This document shows positions 1-13,769 of a stretch of DNA of 64,000 bases, piece by piece. A program made the translations under genes and the position numbers. The stretch's first letter is position 1, and every line of letters begins with the position of its first letter. The DNA is from Ylistrum balloti (lineage: Eukaryota). The stretch is taken from assembly GCF_031769215.1 (NCBI RefSeq), contig NW_026781965.1, positions 1,674,001-1,738,000 on the forward strand, given 5' to 3'. Below the pieces are notes generated by a model, which was not told the DNA's origin, made no database searches, and worked only from the letters and a program-made list of their open reading frames with translations.

Positions 1-53
1 TGACAAGAAAAGTAAACAAGACAGGCCCACAACTAAGAGGAAAAATAACATAC

Positions 54-439
54 CTCCAGTTCCAATTTCATATATGGTTTCCCCCTGTCCCTCTATAATC
101 CTCTCCTGGATTGTCTCCATCAATATATCAAACTCCTCACTGCTGGGACTGACTAGCACTGTCTAAATTACACAACCAAACAGAAAGATTACATCAAAAC
201 TGATTTTGTAGATTCATAATTAGGCTCTATAAATATACAATCAATGTGAAGTTTTTCTTACATTGATTTAATCAACAAGCATTTAGCAACATTACCAGGA
301 AAGCTAACAAAATGTTTTGTGCAAATACCTTCAATGACAATGTGGCCATCTCTGCTGCCATTTCCACATCTTGTTCGTCTGGAGAGAACAGATTTTCAGC
401 CCGATTGACGCCGTTTTCCATCTCTACAGCTGCTGCCAT
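54..439 (-). CDS. GTPBP1: GTP-binding protein 1, N-terminal two coding exons (gene continues off the left edge)
   Basis: Exons 439-329 (MAAAVEMENG...MATLSLK, donor gtattt) and 162-54 (TVLVSPSSEEFDILMETIQERIIEGQGETIYEIGTG, donor gtatgt) are phase-compatible. The second resembles human GTPBP1 LVLVSPTSEQYDSLL...ERMDEGCGETIYVIGQG. A probable non-coding exon ends near 2319 (minus-strand aa|gtaagt in a CpG-rich patch). Confidence 0.88.
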
Positions 440-2444
440 AATGACTTTTTTTCAATGATTATTATACTGACAGTTTGTTTTAAAAATTATATACTGTTTT
501 CTTGACTCTAAACACTATATAATTGTCACTAACCACAAATGTGTTTGTAACATAATGATTTAATTTTCCTTATTACATTTTGAAAACTCTGCAGATCCTT
601 AGTCCTCACATCCTGATAAGCCTGTAAAACAGAGAAAAAGAAAATGTTTCTACATAAAGTAAAGTCAAATGTTCTTCGACACAATTTGTACAAAAAGTTA
701 TTTGGGGCACAATAAATAGCCTCTTTCTCTTTAGAAACCAAGGAAAAAACAAAATCTAAATAACAATTTGCAACGCAGATTCAAAATCACTTGACACTAA
801 AAATAACAAGCACAACCTACTTCTTTTAGATGATATGATACATTATTCCTTTCAATCCATTATCCACAAATAATTTTGAAATACTACATGTAGGCCCATC
901 AAGAAGAACTGTCCGACGCTTTCATCAAAACTGAGTTGCCAGCAATATCTGAACATCTGATTCACATACATGTACTATATAATATTAGACATTTTTCTAC
1001 TGATGCAATCCAATGAAATGAAGATTTTAAATATACACCAGACTCCAGCAATTAAATATATATATATATATATGTATACCGGTAAGACAAACTTGACCTA
1101 CATCTACATAGTCTGTATATAGATCACACAGCAATTGCAATGGATTTCATCATCTACATATTTCACCTGGTCATTGTTCTATTGGCCCATTATGTGTATC
1201 ACTTATTTTATAATTAATCATAACCAGCCTCCTTATTGGATGCAAGCTTTTTATATATAATTGATGTTAATTGTAATGTAAAACAAATTCACTATGATTA
1301 CCAATTACTCCCAGACCAACAGGTAATATTTCACATTATTTGATTCAAATAGGTTAAATCCACACATATTTTATAGAGGATTTCATCACAATTACATCAT
1401 TTATCAAAATATGCTAAATTATTCACAAATGTGATATCTCATCTCAAACATCTCGACTTTTACTGTATATGTTAATATCATTGTATAATTTAGATTTGTT
1501 CTTAGAATGTGAATATTAAATGGGACAGGAAACTTCTACATCTAAACTTTATCTAGCTGAGGACAGTATCTGTGGAGAACAAAAGATCATAGCATTCAAA
1601 ATGCTGATGTATAATTTGGACAGGAATAAATGGCAGTTTCTGTAGAACAGGAGAGAATATCAAGTGGAAGATTTGCTCCACTCGTTTGTAGTTTGATGGG
1701 GTAACGGATTGTTTTTTTGATTGTATTCTATAATGCAGCAATAACTTTGTAAGATGATCGCCGTGTCTACTATGTCCGACTAGGAGTATTACTATACTTT
1801 TCATCACCACAGCAACATCAGAGTAGACTATCGTTAACGCTATTTCAAAGAGTATTGCAATATTGCGTTTGTCTGATAGGGCGCGTATACACAATTTACG
1901 AGTCAAAAATGATCTATCATAACTAAAGAATTGAATTTATCAATCTATGATAGAAATAGTGATACAAAGTGAATGCAACACAGCCAATTCATGTGATATT
2001 TAAACCATGGTTTTGAAAACAGACCATACTGTGACAATCTGGCACAAGAAAGTTTGGCAAGAGAGCGTAGTGTCAGTTAAGAAATGCTAAAGCTCTGTTC
2101 ATTAATTTGACAGATTAAACAACAAAATATAAATCACCTATTTACAATGGATCGTGCAAATACTTCTAGCGAATTATCCACACCCGGGACAAATCTTTAG
2201 AAACTTTCCTTCTTAGCTTGCACAACATGTCATCACGCGTTGTGTAAAATTAAAAACGACAAACTTCCGTCTAGGTAACGTCAATTCCGGAAAGCATCAT
2301 TTTCCATGTGCTTACTTACTTTGCGATACTAAGCGATGTTAATACCCTATACCAGACTCGTTGTTTTCATCCCATTTCATGTCTTTCACACCACTTCCAT
2401 TTTTTTATATTAACCTTGTAGTTGTTGTACGGGAATTCCTGATT

Positions 2445-2740
2445 TTTCCAATATTGGTCCAATCTATTCTTAAAGGATTTTTTATGGTTCTGTTATAATC
2501 TGTTCTGGTAGGTTATACCAAATATGTACACTTTGTAGTGTGAAGTAGTTTATCCTAAGTTTTAAATTACTCTGCTGTGTGTAGAATTTTAATGAGTTCC
2601 GTCTATTCCCTTGATGTTGTGATTTATTTTTCCATTTGCTTGCCTTGGGGATCATAGTACTCGTGGATAATCTTGTACATCTCGATCATGTCTCCCCTTA
2701 TTCTTCTGGAAGCTAATGTTGGTAGTTTGAGTTCTGTAAG
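2445..2740 (-). mobile_element. CR1/L2-type LINE 3' remnant (degenerate reverse-transcriptase C-terminus)
   Basis: Manual translation gives LTELKLPTLASRRIRGDMIEMYKII...RRNSLKF...RINYFTLQSVHIWYNLPEQII...KSFKNRLDQYW across frameshifts and a stop. This matches the typical CR1 ORF2 tail (LPTLxxRRxRGDMIExYK / WNxLP / FKNRLD). Confidence 0.8.
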
Positions 2741-3088
2741 CTAATGTGGATATGTCATTCGTCTCTGCCAAAAGACAGTATTTTAAGAGTAAGAAATAGA
2801 TCACTAAAATCCCTCATGTAGAGGTTTCTTTTTCTTTTTGCTCTTCTTTTTTCAATTTGGAATTTCATATTCGTTAAAAATTCAGTAAGAATAAGTATTC
2901 TGGGTTTATCGGCGCGTAAACTGTCAAGTTGAAAGCTTGCCCTTGGATACAACCACAACATCGCAGACGGGATCTCTTTCTCATCTTTCTATGAAACGGA
3001 AACCGCCTCACGTTCAGGGCGTCGACCGATACAACTGGATTGCTGAGATTAATAATAATAATAATTCTTTATTTTCATGTTTAGTACT

Positions 3089-3140
3089 ACACACACACAC
3101 ACACACACAACATACACACATATACACTCACATACATATA
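3089..3140. repeat. (CA)n microsatellite, degenerate at its 3' end
   Basis: acacacacacacacacacacaacatacacacatatacactcacatacatata. Confidence 0.9.
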
Positions 3141-5341
3141 TCATCTACCCAACTGATATACACATGTAGCTTAAGATAAATCATGTAAATCAAAGTCAAC
3201 AATTAAATATATACTAATTAAATGATTAAAAGATTAAAACGTAATTCACCTAGAACTTGATACAGCTGTAACAATACATAATACATAAAATTTAATCATA
3301 AAATTTTGAAACCAGATAAATATATACATACACAAGTTAAGTACACGTTTATTCATTACATGACCTGTTTGAAAAATATTAACAGACAACATCCTGATAA
3401 ATTTAGTATGAATAATGACTACAGGGAGAACTTTATATTTGAAACAAAAGATATTTTGTATTCTCTCGTTAACAATAAAAGGCTGTAGGAACATTTCAGT
3501 TTATTTGGAAGTTCATAACTAGTAACTAAAGTACTTTTTTGAGATATTTGGTTAATGGCCTCCGTAGATACGTTGGCCAACGCTGCTCATAATCTATCGA
3601 AAAAAATATCTTACACTCTACACTAGTTCCCCAATTATAAATGTAATGGCCACATTTGGTTTTCTGCGTATTGTTGCATCTTCGAAATTCCATTTACGAT
3701 CACTCTCACAAATAAAAGGCGCAAGTGAAGTAATTTGATTGGTCTAGAGCAGTTCCTGGAGAAAACAAGTGACCAATCACTGGCTTATACTCCCCATACC
3801 GTTATGCGTCCTCGAGAATTGTGTTATGAACATTAAAGGATGAAAACTAGTCATATTTAGAAGGTGTTGCGCATAGAACCTTCACTTTTGCCTTTATACA
3901 CGTACCATACGAACTGTTATACTATAATGGTGCAATATGTTTCTAAAATGGTCCGAAATATTCATGTGTGGAACTGACTTGAAGGTCAGAAATCATTATG
4001 GCCATATAGAGACACCATCTTATACAACGCGACGAGTGAAGCATTTTTCAGCGAGTTTCCCCCGACCGATTTAAAAGAATCATGGTGACATCGAAAAATT
4101 TGATACCCAGATCCATTAATTTGCGAATATGTGATCCCTGTGAATTTGAATTAAGGACACTAGAGGTACCTCTGCAGACAGCCTCGAAGTTCGGCCTTTC
4201 CTTGCAAACTGAGCAGCAAACATGACACGAGACAGGGTATGATACTTTGATATTAAGAAAAATATGTAAAAATGCTCAGTTTTCATTTGATTTCACGAGC
4301 TTAAAACTGCAAAGCGACCAAAACTCGAAAATATTCCAAAATTACATAAATCTTTTATTGACCATCTTCTAGTATTAAACTAGTTTAAGTTTTGATAGAG
4401 ATTTTTTAGGATACTTTTCATGATTAAGAAAAAGGGTCTCTGTGCTTTATTTTTGTGCCAGTTTTCCAAGATCGAGCAACCTACTGAAAATTTTATTTTC
4501 TGGTCCTAAATATCTGGGAAAATTCTCACTATGTCGGATTTCACGAATGTGAAATATGTTATTTGTAGTGATAGTTCATGCCAAATTTAATTGAAATCTG
4601 CCAAAAGACGTCCATGGCATTTAAATTAAAATAAACGATACAATTTGGTAGATATCCATTAAATATTCAAACTGGTTTATTATATTCCTCTGTTTTCATG
4701 TTTTTATCGTCTTACATTCCAAATACAGAGATGATATACTCGATTCTCAGTTTCATGACATACGAATGACTCCGGGTCCGGTATTTGGGTTGGATTTTTA
4801 GTTTATGTACAGGAAGTGGAAATATAGCACTGGAGAAAAAAAATGAAATAAAAAAACCCCACATACACCATAATTTCTAATTTTCACATAGGCATACTTC
4901 CATATAGTTAGGATAACGTTATTTCAAATAAAGGTATCGTTTCTTTATTTAAGATTACTTTATGAGTTAATATAAACACTAATGAATAAGTTACACGATT
5001 CCTGTGACGTAAAGCGCATCTCGATGGTCTCTTCCTGGATAGGAATATTTCGTGAACCGGTTGAAGCTTTGATTACTTTCATTACAATTTGCCTTACGCT
5101 CAACACAGTTCTTACATCCATTGTCTACCTTTGAGTGTAACTTTCGCTTTGCACATTGTACTTAAGAGTTAAGAATACTGTTTTAATTTACGAAACAGCA
5201 ACAAGCACCTGTAGGCCGTTTGCAACAGCCTCAGATTTCCATTGAATTGAGAACAGTTTTTACTAAGCTATAACTAACAACATCGACCGTTTTCAACTAT
5301 GCTAGACTTTTCCATGTTTGAACTGTCTCAGTTTATAAAAT

Positions 5342-8300
5342 ATGGATAACTCAAAGCAACCAAAATCAGACATTTATCACGAGCGACAGGTGAAGGAACT
5401 ATGTGCACTTCATGCACTCAACAACCTTTACCAGGACAAAAAGGCATTCAGCAAGAAGGATTTGGATGAAGTCTGCATTAGGTGACCACAGTTTATTGAA
5501 AAATAACATGCATTTGGGTTATATATTTAATTGTTATTATTTCAATGCATTAGTGTATATCGGTTATTCCAGTCTTTCAATTATTTTTGGTATAATTTGT
5601 ATATGAGTCAAGGACACGTAAATAATTTTATGTGTACACATTTAATGTAAACAATTTGTATACGCACGATCATAAGATAACATGGCAGATTTCTGAGCAA
5701 TGGTATCTAAAGTGATAACAAATATTATTAACAATTCCTCCAGTGTTTAATTGGTATGTGGTCGAAACATATTTTGAAAATGTACAATATAATTAGATTT
5801 TAAATCACAGCATCTCATGGTTTTGCATTTTAAATTGCTACACAAGTGATTTAATGATTGGCCCTTCATTTTACCATGTTGAAGTCTGTGTGTTTTTGCT
5901 AAATACCATATACAAAATCAGACATCTATTTTTGCGCCTCTGATAATCAATAAAATAAACCCACCAGCAAAACTCTGAAGAGTTCTTAGTTCATTTTGCA
6001 TTTATTTGTGATATCTTTCATTTATTACAATTATTTATTGACGAATTAGGTCCAATGCAAGAGGTAATGCTATTGTTTTATACATGTCAATTTTTTTCAC
6101 TGAATGTATAATGGTGTATATCATGTATGACATTATTTGCCAATCTGTTCATCTGTTGGACACTAATTCCTTTTTAATGTGCATCAGTTAACTTATCATC
6201 AATATTTTAAAATGTGTTTTCTGAACTGCAATTTGATTTGATTGTATTGTTTAGTTAAGAGTTCTGCCCCTTGTTTTTTATGAATACATACAATTTAGTG
6301 AGTTTTCAACAAATTTCTTTCACACAAGGTACACTAAATGACATTGAACAGTATTTTGACATTCTAATTGCCAAGAGTTACTGTCCTTTGCTTCACTCTC
6401 AGAGGTATAGGGATAAGCTTGACAGCTAATGGGGGCAGAGGATGTATTTTGATTGAATAATAATTGGAGAAGTTATTTTTCTTCTTTTAATCTGTATAAT
6501 TTTAATCTTGTCTGGAAATCTTTTCATTGGATTTTAACTAATTTCTTTGAGACTTAGTAGCCTGTATAATTATGTGACATGAAATTTTGTATTTTCTTGA
6601 TCAGCATTTTGGCTCAACATTTAATGGAAGAGTTACTGCCCTTTTTTCCCATTTTTGTATAATATTAATCTTGTCCAGAGATTTACAACACTTTGTTATA
6701 CCTTCTCTCAAAGTCTTTAGCAAATTTCTGTAGGCTTTATCACCATAACATGATATTGTCCTTTTGATCATCAATACACATGATGTACCATAGTATCAAA
6801 GGTGTTGATGTGAAATTGAATTGAACAAGTAGATCTATAAATTTCCTATTTTCAAGTTATATTGCATTTTGTAATTAGAAAAATATTAGTGTTTTTATTA
6901 TTCAAAATAGTGAAGTTTTTATTTTCTTCCAGTTTTAGCTTGCCAGCAGTAATATTATTGACTCAATGTATAACGATAATTGTTGCAATATGCATTAGCG
7001 ATATATAATACTATGGTTTAATATTTTATTTTTTATTTATAGGCAGTAGGTATGAACATGTGATATAAAATCAACTTTCTGGTAACAATCTTGACTTTTT
7101 ATTTACAGACTCTCTCCTGATCATTTCATCAACCCACACAGAAGTGTCCTTGGCTTTGGCAATTATGATGTCAACGTAATCATGGCAGCCGTTCAGAAAA
7201 AAAATTGTGAAACCCTTTGGTTTGATAAGAGAAAGTGAGTAAAATTACTCTGGAGTACTAGAATATTAAAATGAGATAAATTATTAAACTAATATCTTAA
7301 AGTTGACAAGTAGTTCACTTGAAAGAATCAATCTTACTTAAAAGTAAGCAAGTTTAGCTCTTCATCTTAAAGTTTGTAAATTTTTCCCCAGTGGACTTCA
7401 CTGGAAAACAGAATTTGCAAATATTAAAAGGTCATGCACGAAAACAGTAAAAACATATGTGGCAGGTGTATTCTGACAATGGCTGTGCAAGTCCAAGAAT
7501 AAAAAAATTTACCCAATCAGAATAAAAGTTCATACGACACCGCCGGTAGAAGATTTAAGTGTGACATTTTAATGACAATACTGTCACCTTCATCAGACAA
7601 ATGACCAGGGCAGTACAGAACTAACACAACTTTTTTAGCTATACTATAAACCTATGTACACTCGGGTAGAAAACAGTTTGACAAGGTAGCCAAAAAATTT
7701 AAGTAAAAAACTTTACAAAATGGTAACAATGTACCGTAATAGATTTGTGTTATACTTAAATCTTCATCTTGAGTTTTGATAATAAAATTTTTTTATGGTG
7801 TTTTCTTTTCTAAAATATCATACGAAGGTTACCCTTATACCCTTATTGTGTTTTGATTCATTTGGGGGCTGATCAGAAAAAATGGCTGACAAAAGACCTT
7901 GATGGATTGAGAGTTAAAGATTATTATGGATATTTTGTCCAATTTCACATACACTGTAATTAAGAGCAAAAGCAAAGGAAAGAAGAACAGAAGGGAAAAA
8001 TCTAACATTTAAAGAACATATAAAGACCAAGCAATGATGGATGTCAAGAGTCCAGTTGGATCTCTTGTTAGTGTCCAGTGCTGATTTTAATATGAACAAG
8101 TCTACATGTTAATTATAAAAGTAACCATAAACGATTTCCTTTTTCCAGGGATATTAAATGTTTGATCCCAGAGAATATTTTTGGATTCATCCTGAATACA
8201 CCAACAGATTATAAATGGGGTATGTTGAGACTTCCATTCAAGCGAAAGCATTGGATAGCTTTTCGCAAGATAGGAGATGTTTATTACAATCTGGACTCCA

Positions 8301-8665
8301 AGCTAGATACCCCGCAAGTGATAGGGGATGAAAAGATTTTGCTTGGATTTTTGCGTCATGAGCTTGAAGATGAAGAAAAAGAACTACTGTTAGTGGTGCA
8401 TCAGGATGTTGAACGTAAGGGATCCTGGAGAAAGACAACCTCAGAGGAGAAGAAGTCGAGGAAGTCAAGTGCTAGTAAGAGCAAGAAATCAAGTGAGTCA
8501 GGGACTCCTACTCACTCTGGGAGCCAGAACACACCCAAACATCTTGCCTCTCATAAAGAAGATGTCGTCCAGCCATTTCAATGTAATTCTGCCAACACTA
8601 GTGGCAATCCTACCTCATCAAACACCAATACTACACCACATCTGCAGAGCCTACATGACCTCTGA
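5342..8665 (+). CDS. JOSD1: Josephin domain deubiquitinase (JOSD1/JOSD2-like), 260 aa, 3 coding exons
   Basis: Exons 5342-5481, 7109-7234 and 8149-8665 join in frame (783 nt). Motifs are [18 protein letters not shown] (catalytic Cys), [17 protein letters not shown] (His) and YYNLDSKL (Asp). JOSD1 versus JOSD2 cannot be separated by eye; the symbol was chosen from synteny with GTPBP1. Confidence 0.93.
7860..8069 (-). mobile_element. Helentron-type non-autonomous element (HINE-like), 5' fragment in JOSD intron 2
   Basis: The minus strand begins AACAAGAG and is clearly homologous to the copy starting at 34979 (ccatcattgcttggtctttatatgttc vs ccaccattgtttgatttttatttgctc). Confidence 0.55.
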
Positions 8666-10340
8666 TGAAATATCAAGGTCTATCAACACCTTGCTGTATT
8701 AGAAACTCCTGCCTTCACTGGTCATACTCATCTGAATATGCTTTAATATCTAGTATTATCTACAGAATCTCCATCACTTATGACCTTCATAGCTCAAGGT
8801 CATCATTTTGTTCATGTGTATCAGAGCACAGATTAATCGTTGTATATTGCTTGTTGTATCATTCATTTGGTTTTCCAAAATTGATAAAGATATTTGAAAT
8901 ATGCACTTTTTTATGTTTACTTCCCACATAATTTGTGTGATGTACAGCTGTTTGAAATTAAGTTTAAGTTTCATTCATCTTGCCAGCTAATTGTATTTAT
9001 TTGATGATTAACTTGGAATGAAGGTGTTTTAACATCATGTGTTGTCAAAGGGATATTCCAGTAAAACATCTTCTTGATCCAAAAATTCCAAACTCACTTT
9101 TATTCTTTGTTTGGTTTCCTGCCTATTAATACTGAGCAAATTATTAATTATATCTTATGAGTGGTACCCCTAAACAAAACCTAGTCCTGGGGTGGGACAG
9201 ATGTTTTATTGGAATAGTGCTTAATTCAAAATTTGATGTTACTTATTTTGGATCAAATATTACATCTATTCTCATGATTTTTTATCTCACATTTATTTTC
9301 ATGTCATTCCTTGTTTGTCATTAAAAATGATCTATATTATGCATATATTTTTCATGAAGTTCCAACCAGAACATGGATTGTTAAAGAGTCTTTGAGCCGT
9401 TCTTTAGAATTTTAGGATTTTCTATGTTTTTACTTCATGATATTCTATTTTGTTGATGTATTTTATACAGCTGTGATTGGATGTATGAGAAAGTGTGATA
9501 ACATTCGTAATTTTAGCTCGATTTTTCTCTTGACAAAATATGTGGGGTGTGGCATTTTGATGTTGTTGTGTGAACATTTATCCACAACTTTTGGCAAGAG
9601 GAAACTCAGGTGTCATCTATACAGCTGTTACTGGAAGGAACAAGAAAGTGTGGTGTTGTGCTAACTCATCATATACAGTGTATGTTTTTGATACAGTTAC
9701 AGTTGGATGTTTGAGGATGTGTAGTATATTGTTAGTACATGGAATACAATATACAGTGTGCAATACATTGTATGTCACATAACTTGTACCATATACAGTT
9801 GTGATCAGACTGAAACAGAACATGGCATCTAATAATTCACAATACATGTTTTTTATACAATGGTAATTGGATGAATTTGGAAACACAGTATGTCCTGTGC
9901 CACCAGCGATAATGTTGCCTCGTATTCTCTATATATTGTGTTTTATTTTCTCATATTTTTAAAATGAGAAAGCGATGTTGTGTAGACGATATGGTGTGTT
10001 ATGTGAAAATATTGTTAATAATTATTGTATATATACAAGTTGTATATACGGAATAACCAGAATTTATACAACTGGTCATACAGGTAAGTTTTGTTTAATC
10101 ATATGATGTAGTTGTAAATATTTTCTGGAACACTACTTAAAAAATAACTCGAAAAAATCCTCATAGAAAAGGTAAGGAAATGTCGGAATACTTAATGAAG
10201 TTTATTTATTTGAACCTTGAGGTCATATGCTATCTTTCTTTGTATTGGAGTAGCCTCCCTTAAATTGCAATTTAAAGTGATGCAATAATTCAGAACCACC
10301 AGGATATGTACATCAATAAATGCATACTTATAATGAGTCC

Positions 10341-10678
10341 ATGTCACAGTAAGGTAGCATACATCCTTAAGTCTACATGTCACAGTAATGTAGCATACAT
10401 CCTTAAGTCTCAATGTCACAGTAAGGTAACATACATATGGATATCCTTTAGTCTGCATGTCAAAGTAAGGTAGCATATCGATATCTTTATGCTTACATGT
10501 CACAGTAAGGGAGCATATTGACATACATTTATGCTTATTTGTCACAGTAAGGGAGCATATTGACATACGTTTATGCTTACATGTCACAGTAAGGGAGCAT
10601 ATTGACATAAATTTATGCTTCCATGTCACAGTAAGGTACCATAGCATATCAATTTTATGCTTGCATGTCATAGTAAGG
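10341..10678. repeat. Degenerate 36/42-bp tandem repeat
   Basis: Unit gtcacagtaagggagcatattgacatacatttatgcttacat at 42-bp spacing (10499, 10541, 10583), with 36-bp variants upstream; about 9 units. Confidence 0.9.
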
Positions 10679-10933
10679 AATTTACATTTATATATATGTT
10701 CTATTTTGGAAACAAGTACTGTAATGTATATAAATACATGTATATGTATGTAAATCAAAGCACATGAATGGTAAAGGTATGTTTGTTATTCAATTGGACA
10801 AAGATAATGTACATGTGTGAGCTGGTAAAGATTCAAATATGTATATTTTAGGTCTGTCCAATTGTGAAAGGGAGCTGTTTATACCAAGTGCAAAAGTGAG
10901 TGACATTCTCTTGACTGAAGGGATTGTGTATCA

Positions 10934-11018
10934 TATTTTCTTGGTTATAAGCTGCAGATTTTTCCCTCGGTGGTTGGGCGTGCGGCTTATATACCAGGAC
11001 ATCTTATGTGGATTTGGT
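10934..11018. mobile_element. Short MITE-like element with internal palindrome TATAAGC(C/T)GCA...TGCGGCTTATA
   Basis: Homologous to the copy at 59200-59295 (tattttct..ttataagc.gca.atttttcc......gttgggcgtgc..cttatatac). Confidence 0.5.
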
Positions 11019-11194
11019 AGTAAATGTGTTTAAATCTCAAAATAGAGGGAGAACATCACCATGTGTATGGAATCAATCCATCATATATACTGTACATTTC
11101 TCTTAAAAAACAGATTCTAAGACAAGTGAGTCACACCCTACAGAACTAGGTATTACCGCTGGATTATGACAGTAGTTAAATGAACTTCTTTATG

Positions 11195-11674
11195 TTGATA
11201 GATTTTACTAATTATCTTATGTACATTGATAGATATTACTAATTATCTTATGTACGTTGATAGATATTACTAATTATCTTATGTACATTGATAGATATTA
11301 CTAATTATCTATGTACTTTGATAGATATTATTAATTATCTATGTACTTTGATAGATATTACTAATTATCTATGTACTTTGATAGATATTATTAATTATCT
11401 TATGTACGTTGATAGATATTACTAATTATCTTATGTACATTGATAGATATTACTAATTATCTATGTACGTTGATAGATATTACTAATTATCTACCGCAGG
11501 TACGTACATTGATAGATATTACTAATTATCTTATGTACATTGATAGATATTACTAATTATCTTATGTACATTGATAGATATAACTAATTATCTATGTACG
11601 TTGATAGATATTACTAGTTATCTATTTACGTTGATAGATATTACTAATTATCTTTGTACTTTGATAGATATAAC
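11195..11674. repeat. 30-31-bp AT-rich minisatellite, about 15 units
   Basis: Unit ttgatagatattactaattatcttatgtaca with small variants. Confidence 0.95.
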
Positions 11675-12894
11675 TGTAACAGTTATACCTGTCAGTTGAA
11701 ACGCTTTTTATTTATTACATAAATGTATTGTATTATCATTTTCAATGTTTATTTTGAGGAATTAATTTTTATAACAGAATTCTGTAAATGACAAAAAAAA
11801 AAAATCATGGGAAATGGACATGAGAATACAGCTATCAGGTACAATTCTACACTTGTTAAATATAAGCACCCTACCCTGACTTAGATGACAGGAAATGTAA
11901 TTTCCAAATGGCAATACAAATTTTTAAAGTGTTATTATCTAAAATGTGATGAAATTTAAACTGAATTAGAACATGCTTTTTATTCATACCAAATGACCAG
12001 TCTGCTACTTCGATAGCAAGATCTCTATGATATGATAATTCAGTTGCTGCCAAATAGTTAATTATTTATGTGAATACATCTCTACTTATGAAACTATTGT
12101 GAATCTGGTTCCTAATGATGTAGGATACATATGTGTATTGTTACTGCCAGAATCTAGTATAAAAACATTTACAGCACAATGTTTGTATGTGTGTTGTCGT
12201 CACGTCATTGTGATGTTTTAGTCTTTGTACATGATACCCAGTATAAATGAAATAATACCAGGAAATTCTTAGACATAAAGGTCATGTTCTTGATAGAATC
12301 AGTCATTGGTTTAAGGGAAAATCAAAATGAATGAGGTATTTTACTAGAACTCTTCAAGTTTTTACTTTAATCAAAGTTCCATGAAAAACCATATTTGCTT
12401 TCCTAGATTTAAAAGATGATTCTTAGTACATAAAAACTCTTTGATGGACTGTTGTAATGTTAGAAAAAAAAAGAAAAAAAAGACAGAAGAAAGTAATTTG
12501 ATATGTTTATTGTCACATTTCTTTCTTTCACCATTTCTAGATGATCTCTTGTAATCTAACAATTTCATGTTCAAACAAATATTTATATCAGTTGTTATAA
12601 ACAGAACAGGATGACAAGTAACTACATTGGGAACTTTAGGATTAATTTAACCAGAGCTTTTGTGATATCATTTACTGGACACAATCAACATGCAGCTGAT
12701 TATTAACAGACTTAGCACACAAAGTGCCTCTGAGCTCATGCGATGGCACATCATCTGTCTGGCATCAGCTGAAAAACTATAATGCTCACAATCATAATAT
12801 TTAGCTTAAAGATATGAATTTGGGTGAAGGGTGATTATCTTTAGTCAATTAAATACTTATGCTTATGTTCAAAGGAAGACAGGTTTGTCTAAAA

Positions 12895-13413
12895 TGAAAC
12901 ATAATGGCTAGTGCCAGCACTACACTAAGTGAGGAGTGTCTAAATCCTGACTCTTGGTCAATGAAACATAATGGCTAGTGCCAGCACTACACTAAGTGAG
13001 GAGTGTCTAAATCCTGACTCTTGGTCAATGAAACATAATGGCTAGTGCCAGCACTACACTAGGTGAGGTGTGTCTAAATCCTGACTCTTGGTCAATGAAA
13101 CATAATGGCTAGTGCCAGCACTACACTAGGTGAGGTGTGTCTAAATCCTGACTCTTGGTCAATGAAACATAATGGCTAGTGCCAGCAGTACACCAGGAGG
13201 ATGTGTGTCTAAATCCTGACTCTTGGTCAATGAAACATAATGGCTAGTGCCAGCACTACACTAAGTGAGGAGTGTCTAAATCCTGACTCTTGGTCAATGA
13301 AACATAATGGCTAGTGCCAGCACTACACTAGGTGAGGTGTGTCTAAATCCTGACTCTTGGTCAATGAAACATAATGGCTAGTGCCAGCACTAAACTAGGA
13401 GGATGTGTGTCTA
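12895..13413. repeat. 67-bp minisatellite, 7 full units plus a partial unit
   Basis: Unit tgaaacataatggctagtgccagcactacactaagtgaggagtgtctaaatcctgactcttggtcaa starts at 12895, 12962, 13029, 13096, 13163, 13231, 13298 and 13365. Confidence 0.97.
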
Positions 13414-13769
13414 GAGTGAAGTACTATTCTGTATGTAACATTTTACAAATTACCTAGACATTCACACTAAAAGACAAAGAATGCAGTAGCTTAAACGTAA
13501 GTGGTCAGTATTATGATCTGGTATCTGTTTTTGGACCATTGCTGGGGAGTATAAAATATGATCAAAATTCACCAACATATGTTTCATATTGGCTAAATAT
13601 GTTGTGCTTTTCTTGTAATGAACCATCACATTCAGAATACTAATGGTTTGGCTTTTGCTTTATGAAGTGATGGAATCTAAAAATATCAAAATTCATTACA
13701 CTTAGTATTAAAACTTTTGTAGTCTTTTTGAAGTGTATGAAAATTTTCTAGTGATTTCAGAGAAACACA

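Noticed and set aside
3500-4700. CpG-containing stretch between GTPBP1 and JOSD with TTAA-GG starts resembling a DNA transposon
   Set aside because: I could not find matching terminal inverted repeats or target-site duplications.
10192-10758. 188-aa minus-strand ORF with CSLTVTCKHK repeats that looks like a metal-binding protein
   Set aside because: It is explained by 36/42-bp (3n) tandem units lacking stops, and nothing else supports coding.
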